Assembly (NCBI RefSeq): GCF_020745735.1
Contig: NC_083435.1
Span: 35,260,121 to 35,324,120 of the forward strand
Direction of reading: 5' to 3'
Length of the DNA stretch: 64,000 bases
Source of the DNA: Hemiscyllium ocellatum
Lineage: Eukaryota
The notes beneath the pieces are model-generated. The model had not been told where the DNA came from. It saw only the letters and a program-made list of their open reading frames with translations, and did not search any database. A program made the translations under genes and the position numbers. Positions 49,562 through 60,483 of the stretch are shown here, one piece after another (position 1 is the first letter of the stretch; each line of letters begins with the position of its first letter).

Positions 49562-49613
49562 CTGAGGAGACTATGAACACACAGTAAACGTGCAGTAAAG
49601 TAACAAGCAGCAT
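49562..49613 (-). CDS. MHC class I-like heavy chain, exon 1 (signal peptide MLLVTLLHVYCVFIVSS)
   Basis: ATG at 49613, 17 hydrophobic codons plus one G, then donor GTAAGC. Phase 1 joins the alpha1 exon to give GAT (Asp). An X1-X2-Y motif lies about 130 bp upstream. Not in the ORF track (too short). Confidence 0.85.
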
Positions 49614-49744
49614 GTTGTAAAGACCCACTGTTTAACCAGCAGAGAAGGTCCTGCAACAGTAACATAATCTGGCGTGCAATTGACTACCACGCTGTGCTGA
49701 TGCTAGCTATTGACACTCATTTGCAGCAGGTCTGATAACTGGAT

Positions 49745-49787
49745 CCAATCAGACTGAAAAGATTGTTCTGGTCACTAGTTACCAGGG
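49745..49787 (-). promoter_or_regulatory. MHC-type X1-X2-Y promoter module
   Basis: Minus strand reads CCCTGGTAAC-TAG-TGACCA-(19 nt)-ATTGG: an RFX-like half site, a CRE-like half site and a Y box (CTGATTGG), 132 bp upstream of the inferred ATG. Confidence 0.75.
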
Positions 49788-50045
49788 AGTGGTACACTTT
49801 ACTACTAACCGTTCTTTCAATGAGGGAAATTGGGAAACCGTTTTGTGCACAGCAAGCTTCCACAAACAGCCATGCGAAAAGACCCCAGGTCATCTGCTTT
49901 GGTGACACAAGCTGCGAATCAGGAGCAGAGTGGCAGGAGTGGGCTAGTGTTAGATGAGTCGTGCACCACAGCAGCAGGTTCGATAGCTAATGAGGTGGGA
50001 TGTGATGACTGAATCAGGAGACTCTCTAGGCCTTTCGGAGAGAAT

Positions 50046-50357
50046 GGGTGGCATGACGGCTCAGTGGTTAGCACTACTGCCTCGCAGCACCAGGGACCCA
50101 GTATCGATTCCAGCCTTTGGCGACTGTCTGTGCGGAGTTTTGCACACAGTATCTGCGTGGGTCCCCTCTGGGTGCTCCGATTTCCTCTCACAGTCCAAAG
50201 ATGTGCAGGTCAGGTGAATTGGCCATGCTAAATTGCCCACAGTGTTAGCTGCATTAGGAAATGGGTTTGGGTGAGTTACTTTTCGGAGAGTCAATGTGGA
50301 CTTGTTGGGCTGAAGGGTCTGTTTCCACACTGTAGGGAATCTAATCTAATCTAATCA
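50046..50357 (+). mobile_element. HE1/V-type SINE upstream of the class I promoter
   Basis: Same consensus with an (AATCT)n tail. Confidence 0.88.
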
Positions 50358-50727
50358 GAACTCCTCCTTGAAATTCAATGAAACTGACACTGAGCAACAA
50401 GCCTAAGATTCAGCCAAATGTTTCTGGTAAATGGCCTTTCATGAGATTTGGAAGATACTGCATGAAATACCTCATAAGCAAGTGCAGAAATAGGGAAAGC
50501 AAGCAGGACTGAAAAGAAGAGGGGGGGGTTATGTTGAATGGTGACAGAATCTTCCCTGCCCCTGAAGGAGGTGGGCATAAGTGAGTCAGTTTAGAAAGTA
50601 CGGTGAAAATTGAAAAAAACAAGATTCTCAATGTTGGAAAAATCAAAGTCCCATCTTCCACACAAGGTTTTAATGACTCAGTGAGAGTCAGGCTGGTTAG
50701 CAGCAAGAGGCCTGTTCTCATGAATTA

Positions 50728-53700
50728 ACGTCTGATTCGAACCACCTTTAAACCAGCAGACTTCGGACCCGAACAGGACAAATGGTACAGACTACAGATT
50801 CAAAAACACCAGCAACAGTTCTCTTTCAGGATCCTCCGCTCCACGCTTGCAATATTGAGCCGGAACCTAACCTCTCTACAGTCAGCCCTGCCTCAGCTGA
50901 GGGCCACACTCTCCCAGAATTGCAAAGGACCCACTCTGTACTACATCCTCAGAAGAATTCATACTCTCAACAAACAGTATTTCAATTCCATCTCAAACAT
51001 CAAAAATTGTAAGTACAACAAACTTTTATCCACCCACCTCCATAACCAGCGCTCCTCAAACATTCCAGAAGTTTCCCCTGGCCTCGGAAACACCATTAGC
51101 CATGCGGCTGATGCAGCTACCACCCCCACACTGATTGATGATGTCACTTCCGCCCCCATCATGGCCACTCCCAAAGCCACTTCCGGCCCTCACATCGTCG
51201 TTGATGCCACACGCTCAGTGACTTCCAATACCCGTACTGCCTTTTCTGCCACCACTTCCGCCCCCACCAGCGCCACTCACCTTCATTCTGCTGACATGCC
51301 CCCCACAGATCCCACTGTCACTATCCCCACCCCCCAGAACCCTGAGAGGAACACTACCCCTGCTCATGACTCCACCCCCATTCCCTCCACCATCACACCC
51401 ACTCCAGTTATTGGCTCCGACCCCACTCCGAGCTCCACACCCACACCAGATCCCAGCTCCCAGCCCTCCAGACCTCCCCCTCACTGAGGACGAACGATCC
51501 CCCTCCATCCACGAATCAAATAATTTAATACACGCCGTGACGTCGAACAATTCTTCCGTCGCCTCCGCCTCTGAGCTTACTTTCACAATCAGGACTCCCG
51601 CCTACCTTCCGAAGACCCCTTCGCCCACCTCCAACACACAGCATCCACCTGGACACCCCGCGCTGGCCTATTACCTGCCCTCAACTTCTTCATTTTCAAC
51701 TGCCGCCGGGACATTAACCGCCTCAACCTGTCCATCCCCCTCCCCCACTCTTACCTCTCACCCTCACAACGCACAGCCCTCCAATCCCTCTGCTCCAATC
51801 CCAACCTCGCCATTAAGCCAGCGGATAAAGGGGGCGCAGTGGTAGTCTGGCGCACTGACCTCTACACCGCTGAAGCTAAACGCCAACTCGAGGACACCTC
51901 TTCCTACTGCCCCCTCGACCATGACCCCACACCCATCATCAAACCATCATCTCCGAGACCATACAGAACCTCATCACCTCAGGAGATCTCCCACCCACAG
52001 CTTCCAACCTCATAGTCCGGGAACCCCGCACTGCCCGGTTCTACCTCCTTCCCAAGATCCACAAGCCTGACCACCCTGGCCGACCCATTGTCTCAGCATG
52101 CTCCTGCCCCACTGAACTCATCTCTACCTACCTCGACACTGTCCTATACCCCCTAGTCCAACAACTCCCCACATACGTTCGAGACACCACCAACGCCCTC
52201 CACCTCCTCCAAAACTTCCGTTTCCCCGACCCTAAAGCTTCATCTTCACCATGGATATCCAATCCCTCTACACCTCCATCCGCCACGACCAGGGCCTCCA
52301 AGCCCTCCGTGTTTTCTCTCCAGACATCCCCAACAGTACCCTTCCACAGACCCTCTCATTCGTTTGGCCGAACTGGTCCTCACCTGTAACAATTTCTCCT
52401 TCAAATCCTCCCACTACCTCCAGACCAATGGGGTAGCCATGGGAACACGTATGGACCCCAGCTATGCCTTTCTCTTTGTTGGCTACATAGAACAGTTGGT
52501 CTTCCGTAATTACACCGGCACCACTCCCCACCTCTTCCTCCGCTACATTGATGACTGCATTGGCGCCACCTCGTGCTCCCCTGAGGAGGTTGAGCAATTC
52601 ATCAACTTCACCAACACATTCCACCCTGACCTTAAATTTACCTGGAACATCTTTGACATCTCCCTCCCCTTCCTGGACCTCACCATCTCCATTAATGACG
52701 ACCGACTTGACACTGACATTTTTTACAAACCCACCAACTCCCACAGCTACCTAGATTACACCTCTTCCCACCCTATCTCTTGCAAAAATGCCATCCCGGA
52801 TTCCCAATTCCTCCACCTCCGTTGTATCAGCTCCCAGGAGGACCAGTTCCACCACAGAACACACCAGATGGCCTCCTTCTTTAGAGACCGCAATTTCCCT
52901 TCCCACGTGGTTGAAGATGCCCTCCAACACATCTCATCCACATCCCGCACCTCCGCCCTCAGACCACACCCCTCCAACCGTAACAAGGACAGAATGCCCC
53001 TGGTGCTCACCTTCCACCCTACAAACTTTCGCATAAACCAAATCATCCGCCGACATTTCCGCCACCTCCAAAAAGACCCCACCACCAGGGATATATTTCC
53101 CTCCCCACCCCTTTCCGCCTTCCGCAAAGACTGTTACCTCCGTGACTACCTGGTCAGGTCCACGCCCCCCCACGACCCACCCTCCCATCCTGGCACTTTC
53201 CCCTGCCACCGCAGGAACTGTAAAACCTGTGCCCACACCTCCTCCCTCACCTCTATCCAAGGCTCTAAAGGAGCCTTTCACATCCATCAAAGTTTTACCT
53301 GCACATCCACTAATATCATTTATTGTATCTGTTGCTCCCGTTGCGGTCTCCTCTACATTGGGGAGACTGGGCGCCTCCTAGCAGAGCGCTTTAGGGAACA
53401 TCTCCGAGACTCCCGCACCAATCAACAACACCGCCCCGTGGCCCAACATTTCAACTCCCCTTCCAACTCTGCCGAGGACATGGAGGTCCCGGGCCTCCTT
53501 CACTGCCGCTCCCTCACCACCAGACGCCTGGAGGAAGAACGCCTCATCTTCCGCCTTGGAACACTTCAACCCCAGGGCATCAATGTGGACTTCACCAGTT
53601 TCCTCATTTCCCCTTCCCCCACCTCATCCTCGTTTCAAACTTCCAGCTCAGCACTGTCCCCATGACTTGTCCGGACTTGTCCGACCTGCCTAGCTCCTTT

Positions 53701-53935
53701 TCCACTATCCACTCCACCCTCTCCTCCCTGACCTATCACCTTCATCCCCTCCCCCACTCACCCATTGTACTCTATGCTACTCTCTCCCCATCCCCACCCT
53801 CCTCTAGCTTATCTCGCCATGCTTCCGGCTCACTGCCTTTATTCCTGATGAAGGGCTTTTGCCCGAAACATTGATTTCGCTGCTCGTTGGATGCTGCCTG
53901 AACTGCTGTGCTCTTCCAGCACCACTGATCCAGAA
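50728..53935 (+). mobile_element. Penelope-like retroelement, Neptune type (RT + GIY-YIG), frameshifted, 5'-truncated
   Basis: ORFs 50855-51487, 51366-51845 and 52364-53665 give RT motifs (GVAMGT, RYIDD), a Cys linker (CHRRNCKTC) and GIY-YIG (IIYCICCSRCGLLYIGETGR). The 3' terminal repeat has a decayed hammerhead core near 53842-53875. Confidence 0.92.
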
Positions 53936-54677
53936 TATTACTTAATCTTGCCTTGTTTAAAATTGCTAGTTTCCCAGGTCACATGGAGAAACTAGGTGGT
54001 AACAGTCTGAAAAATGGAAAGCTGAATAGGTATTTGGTGGCTGCAGCTCTCCAACATCTTCTCCAAGCCTCCATCATGGTCAACAATAACCCAGCACACA
54101 CTCCATGCCCAGCGACCACCTGCACCTACCATCTCCAGCCATTGGCAAAACAGTAACTTCATCCCCTCATCGTAGCATGTATGGGACATATTTACAAAAC
54201 ACTCCAGCACTTTGGAGTTCAGTGACATCTTGACATTGCAGTTATTGACATTGCCAGGAACAGGGGATCAGCTCTGAGCTCTGAGCTTGTTTTCGTAACA
54301 CTCCCTCACCTTGTGCTTACTTGGACACTCACAGCATCTGTTCTCTATCTTGCTTTGGCTCACCTTTTATAGTGGTCAAATAGCCAGGTGGCTTGTCATG
54401 TTCAGCAGCAATGAACAGTCAAGTGGGCCTATTGTCAGTCAGGGTCATCAGACAAGAAAGGCTGTGAGGTGACCTGAGTGAGTGACTAGAAAGTGCAGAG
54501 TGAAACAATGGTTAGTCGTTTGGGGGAATGGGATGAAAGTCGTTGAAGGAAGATAATACATGCAATAGTGAGAGTGATAGACCATCAGCTTTGGTGGAAG
54601 GTGAGTATAATGGCAGGGTTGGAATTTACATGATGTACCAAAGAGGAGATGGGGACATTTACTGTTGAGGAATAAAG

Positions 54678-54850
54678 AAGATCCCTAAGCTTCTCGCAAC
54701 ACTTCTGCACATTCCTGCAAATCGAGGACACCGCAATGACTCAAGTGGTTGCTGAAGACCAGACAGGCTGGGTTTGACAAAGGGTACAGCCAGAATTAAA
54801 CATACTGCCAGTGCTGTGAATGCCAGAATGTCCCAGCATCAGCAAATGTT
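54678..54850 (-). pseudogene. Decayed Myb/SANT-like ORF of PIF/Harbinger type
   Basis: QPVWSSATT*VIAVSSICRNVQKCCEKLRDL resembles the W...R...QC.KK..DL signature. Confidence 0.5.
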
Positions 54851-56599
54851 TCACTGGATCGTATAAGAGCGCCCCTGTGAATTCATGGTGCTCACTTAAT
54901 GAAGTGAGCAAAGTAAAAATGGGAGAGAAAACATGCTGGGAATCACAGAATGCAAGTCTTCATGAACCTCCTTGAAATTGATACTTTGCTGATTTCTGGG
55001 GCAAATGTAGTCTAGTAAAATAAGAACCAGGAAAAAAAAGCTGACTCCAGAAAACAGGGATATTGTAGAATCCATATAGTGTAGAAACAGGCCATTTGGT
55101 CCAACAAGTCCACACTGACCCTCCAAAGATTAACCCACCCACTTTACATTTACCCCTGATTAATGCACCGAACCTACACATCTCTGAACACTATGGACAA
55201 TTTAGCATGGCCAATTCACCTAACCTGCACATCTTTGGATTGTGGGAGGAAACCGGAGCACCCAGAGAACACCCACACAGACACGGGGAAAATTTGCAAA
55301 CTCCACACAGACAGTTGCCTGAGGTTGGAATTGAACCCAGGTGCTGTGAGTCGGCAGTGGGATAGGAGGGGAGAGTATAACAGTAAGTTTTTTGGGATCT
55401 ATACAGAGCTATGGGAAGAGAGTGGAGTAATGGGATTTATTTGGGGTTCTTATAGGTGGATGAGGAGAGAGTAGACCAGCGGGATTAGCTTGGAATTGAC
55501 TCAAGGCAATGGGGAGAACGCAGGACTATCACAGAAAAATGGGAATTGGGTCGAACATTGGGATGGCTTTGATATATGTACCTCTCAAATTTTATGTTCA
55601 GATATCTAAGGGTACAGATTAAATTGTGTCTGTCTCAAACTGGCCATTTTTCGAAACTTACAGGGAGATTTGAAAATCAGGTATATCTAAATAAAACACT
55701 CTTTTTAATTTATTTCTTGCTTCTACAGATGACCACACCATGGTACTCTTGTGTGATTCATCACCATTCTGTAATTTTTGTCACATCTGGAGATCCAATT
55801 GAGAAAGCTGTATGACCGGATTAACTGACCACTTTAGAGGCAACAATATCTACGCACAAACCTGTCATAGAACCACTTTCACCTCTTCTGTGTGACTATT
55901 TATGACTTCAATGGGACACAGAGAGAAAGAAGGTTGAGGCTAATTTTTTCTTCAATTCTGCACTAAACTACACATTTCATCCATCTTCCTCCTCACTCTC
56001 CAGTGAGGGAACCCATCGTTTTGTCTCTTCTCAACTATGACAACTCTCACCTCAATTGTTTTGCTTGTTGCTCATTTTAACCCTCAGTACTCTTGATACA
56101 TTTTTTTCTATCCCTCCAAGTTGCCTTTTTGCAGCTTTTAACCATGCTACGGCCTCTTTTATTTTGACCTGAACTATCATCAATAACTGTGACTTACTGC
56201 ACTTTAGTGATTACTTATCTTTACCCTTGAGTGAGTCATCAGAACTGAAACCCGCATCCGCCCTCTGCAGATATGTTCATGTTTCAACTATCATGGCTCT
56301 TTAACACTTTCCTCTTCAGAAAACCTGCCAGAAATCCAAATTTATTCAATACAGCTCATTAGCATTATAATATTTCAAACCAAATAAAAATGTGTAGATC
56401 GTAACAAAAAATACATTTAACTCAATGTATTTATGAGACTAGTCCTGTTTACATTTGGGTGTAATGAAAATGTTATCGAGGGGATGGAAAGGGAGTAGAG
56501 GCTACAATACTATTGCACAAGCATACATAACAGGAAAGGATAAAAATGCTGGGTCTCTTCTGTGTCGAAAAGGCCACAGGGTGACCTAATAACACACAA

Positions 56600-58440
56600 T
56601 CATAGAGACATAGGGCCTTTTACAGCCCAGGAATGGCTATTCAGACCATTATTTCCACAATGGTCATCAAACATCTTTCTAATCCCATTTCCTAGCAGTT
56701 GGTTCATGACCTTCTATGCTGTAGCTTTTCAAGGGCTCATCTAAATATTTCTTCAATATCTTGTTGATTCCCACCTCCGTCACTCTTTTAGGCAGTGACT
56801 TCAAGATACCAATCAATGTTCCAGCTGAAAAACATATTGCTTCAAATCTCCTCTAACTTTCAGCCCCTTAGCTTACAACTGTGCACCATGGTTATTGACC
56901 CCTCTACGAACAGGAATAATTTTCTCCTCATCTATGCTCCTGATAATTTGTACACCTCAACCCTGTCCCCCAGTCAGCCTTCTGTGCTCTTAGCAATCTC
57001 AGCCTACCTACTCTCTCATCATTGCTGCATCATTCCAGCTCAGGCAACACCCTGGTGAATCTCCTCTGCTCCCTCTCTTGTGCAACTATATCCATCCTAT
57101 ACTGCAGCAACCAGAACTGGATGCAATCCTCCAACTGTGGACCAATGTCTTTTACAGCTGCATCATAATCTCCCTGCTCTTGTACTTAATGCAAGGCAAG
57201 TATCCTATATGTCTTCTTAACAGCCTTGGACATGCACTTGAAGGTCTCTTGGATCCTCTGACCTATCATAGTCCATTCTAACTATACTTCCTTGCCTTGG
57301 CAGTTCTCCCAAAATGCACCATCTCACACTTTTCAGGATTAAGTCCCATTTGCCACTCTTCAGCCCATCTGACCAGGTCGTCTGTACCCTCAAGCATTCC
57401 TCCTCACTATTTACCACTGCGCAAACTTACTGATCATATCTCCTACCTTCATATCTAAACTATTAATGTAGATTACAAACAGCAAGGAACAGGCACTGAA
57501 CCCTGTGGTATGCACTAATCACAGGCTTCCAGTCACAAGAACCTTTTCAAGCTTTTACACTCCACATCCTGCTGATACGCCAATTCCAATTTACCAAATT
57601 GCCCTGGATCCCATGGACACTTACCTTCCTAACTAGTCTGGCATATAAAACTTTGTTAAAATCTTACTAAAGTCCACACAGACTTATAAACTGCACTACC
57701 CTCATCTACGCACCACGGGACTACCTCAAAAAATTCAAAATTTTTAGGCGTGTAGTCCCCCGTAAAGCTATGCTGGCAATCCTTGATTGATCCTTGCCTC
57801 TGAAGTTAATTTTGTCCATCAGAAATGTTTCCAATTATATCCCCATCACACAAGTCATGTTGCGGCTGTACAAGACATTGGTTAGGCCACTTTCGGAAGA
57901 TTGCGTGCAATTCTGGTCTCCCTCCTGTAGAAATAAAGCTGTGAAACTTGGAAGGGTTCACAAAAGATTTACAAGGATGTTGTAAGGGTTGGAGTGTTTG
58001 AGCTATGAGGAAAGGCTGAATAGGCTGGGGCTATTTTCCCTGAAGTGTCAGAAGCTGAGGGCTGATGTTGTAGAGGTTTATAAAATCAGTGTGGGGTGGG
58101 GTGGGGGGTGGTATGGATCGGGTGAATAGCCAAGGACTTTTCCCAGGGCTGGGGGAGTCCAAAACTAGAGAGCATAGGTTTAAGGTGAGAGAAGAATGAT
58201 TTAAAAGAGACCTAAGGGGCAACTTTTTCATGCAGAGGGTGGTACATGTATGGAATGATTTTGCCAGAGGAAGTGGTGGAGTCTAGTAAAATTACGTCAT
58301 TTATAGGGGCGTATATGAATAGGAAGGGTTTAGAGAGATATGGCCAGATGCTGGCATATGGGACTAGATTAATTTAGGAAATCTGGTTGGCATGGATAAG
58401 TTGGGTCGAAGTGTCTGTTACCACGCAGGTCTATGACTCT
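56600..58440. mobile_element. Decayed CR1 fragments (minus 56600-57800, plus 57850-58440)
   Basis: MLRLYKTLVRPL..CVQFWSP in 57794-57985; antisense RT remnants in 57217-57417. Confidence 0.75.
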
Positions 58441-59165
58441 GTGACTGTCTGTTAGACTCACTAGTCTGTATCTTCCTGGATTATGTAGACAGACCAATGA
58501 GGGGAGAGGCCGTTTTGGATTTGTTGCTCAGCAAAAAGCCAGGACAGGTGTCAGATCTCGCGGTGGGAGAGCACTTTGGTGAATGTGATCACAACTGCCT
58601 CACATTTAGCATAGCCTTGGAGAGGGAAAGGAGCAGTTACCAAGGGAAGATATTTAATTGGGGAAAAGGAAATTATGACACTATCAGACAGGAGTTGGGG
58701 AGTACAGTCTGGGAGCAATTGTTCCACAGAAAGGGCACAGCCGACATGTGGAGACTGTTTAAGGGGCAGTTGTTGCGAGTGATGCACAAATTTGTTCCTC
58801 TGAGACAGGTAAGAAGGGGTAAGATTAAGGATGATGAGAACAGAGGAGCTTCTCATCAAAAGGAAGAAGGTAGCTTACGTAAGGTGGAGGAAGCAAGGAT
58901 CTAGCTCAGCTTTAGAGGATTGCAGGCTTGCTAGAAAGGGGCTCAGAAATGGACTGAGGAGAGCAAGGAGGGGGCACGAAAAAGGCTTGGAAAGAGGATT
59001 AGCGAGAACCCAAAGGCATTTTACTCATATGTGAGGAATAAGAAAATGATCAGGGAGAAGGTAGGGCCAATCAGGGATAGTGTAGGGAACTTGTGTGTGG
59101 AGTCTGAGCATATAGGGGAAGCCCGAAATGATGTAGGTTTGCTCGCTGAGCTGTAGGTTTGATAT

Positions 59166-59205
59166 CCAGACGTTTCATTACCTGGCTCGGTAACCTCATC
59201 AGTGG
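59166..59205 (-). ncRNA. Minimal type I hammerhead ribozyme motif
   Basis: Reverse complement CCA-CTGATGA-G-GTTACC(GAGCCA)GGTAAT-GAAAC-GTC-TGG. Confidence 0.75.
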
Positions 59206-60443
59206 CGACCTCCAAGTGAAGCGAAGCTGTTGTCTCCTGCTTTCTATTTATATGTTTCTCCTGGATGGGGTTCCTGGGGTTTGTGGTGATATCATTTCCT
59301 GTTTGTTTTCTGAGGGGTTGATAGATGGTATCTAGATCTATGTGTTTGTTTGTGGTATTGTGGTTGGAGTGCCAGGCCTCTAGGAATTCTCTGGCATATC
59401 TTTGCTTAGCCTGTCCCAGGATAGATGTGTTGTCCCAGTCGAAATGGTGGTTTTTTTCATCCATGCGTAGGGCTACGAGGGAGAGAGGGTCGTGTCTCTT
59501 CGTGGCTAGCTGGTGTTCGTGTATCCTGGTGGCTAACTTTCTTCCTGTTTGTCCTACGTAGTGTTTGTGGCAGTCCTTGCATAGAATTTTGTAGATGATT
59601 TTGGGTTTGTCCATGGGTTGTACTTGGTCTTTTAAGTTTGTTAGGTTTTGTATGAGAGTGTTGGTGGGTTTGTGTGCTACTAGGATTCAGAGGGGTTTTA
59701 GTAGTCTGGCTGTCATTTCTGAAACTTCTTTGATGTATGGTAAGGTGGTTAGGGTTTCTGGCTGTGTTTGGTCTGCTTGTCGTGGTTTGTTCCTGAGGAA
59801 TCTGCGGACTGTATTTTTTGAGGATCCATTCTTCTTGAATACGTTGTATAGGTGGTTCTCCTCTGTTTTCTGAAGTTCGTCTGTGCTGCAGTGTGTGGCG
59901 GCTCGTTGAAATACTGTTCTGATACAGCTTTGTTTGTGTGTGTTGGGATGGTTGCTGGTGTAGTTAAGTATTTGGTCAGTGTTTGTCGGTTTTCTGTATA
60001 CGCAGGTTTGTAGTTCTCCGTTGTCCTTTCTTTCGACTGTGACGTCCAGGAATGCGAGTTTGTTGTCGGTTTCTTCCTCCTTGGTGAACTTTATGCCTGT
60101 GAGGGTGTTGTTGATGATGTTAAATGTCTCTTCTATCTTGTTTCGTTTTGTGATGACAAAGGTGTCATCTACGTAGCGGACCCAAAATTTTGGTTTGATG
60201 GTTGGTAGGGCTGTTTGTTCTAGACTTTGCATTACCGCTTCTGCTCTGAATTCTGATAGCGGAGATCCCATGGGTGTGCCATTGGTTTGTTTGCAGACTA
60301 TGTTGTTGAAAGTGAAGTGGGTGGTGAGGCACAGGTCTACAATTTCATGATGTTTTCGTTGGTAACAAACCCCAGGAACCCCATCCCGGAGAAAGATATA
60401 AATAGAAAGCAGGAGACAACAACTTCGCTTCACTTGGAAGTCA

Positions 60444-60483
60444 CCACTGATGATGTTACCTAGCCAGGTAATGAAACGTCTGG
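60444..60483 (+). ncRNA. Minimal type I hammerhead ribozyme motif
   Basis: CCA-CTGATGA-T-GTTACC(TAGCCA)GGTAAT-GAAAC-GTC-TGG: intact core, helix II, GUC site, CCA/TGG helix I. Confidence 0.75.

Noticed and set aside
49822-49840. GGGAAATTGGGAAACC as an NF-kB or ISRE site in the class I promoter
   Set aside because: The GAAA cores are 4 nt apart rather than 2, and neither decamer fits GGGRNNYYCC.
50410-50721. MRTGLLLLTSLTLTES as the class I signal-peptide exon
   Set aside because: No good phase-1 donor follows the hydrophobic stretch. The exon at 49562-49613 has GTAAGC, the correct phase, and the X1-X2-Y module upstream.
51215-53569. Gly/Val-rich minus-strand ORFs
   Set aside because: They are antisense shadows of the C-rich Neptune coding strand.
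55700-55920. Strong plus-strand acceptor (TTTCTTGCTTCTACAG) suggesting a further exon
   Set aside because: All three frames stop within about 30 codons, no domain is recognisable, and I found no partner exons.
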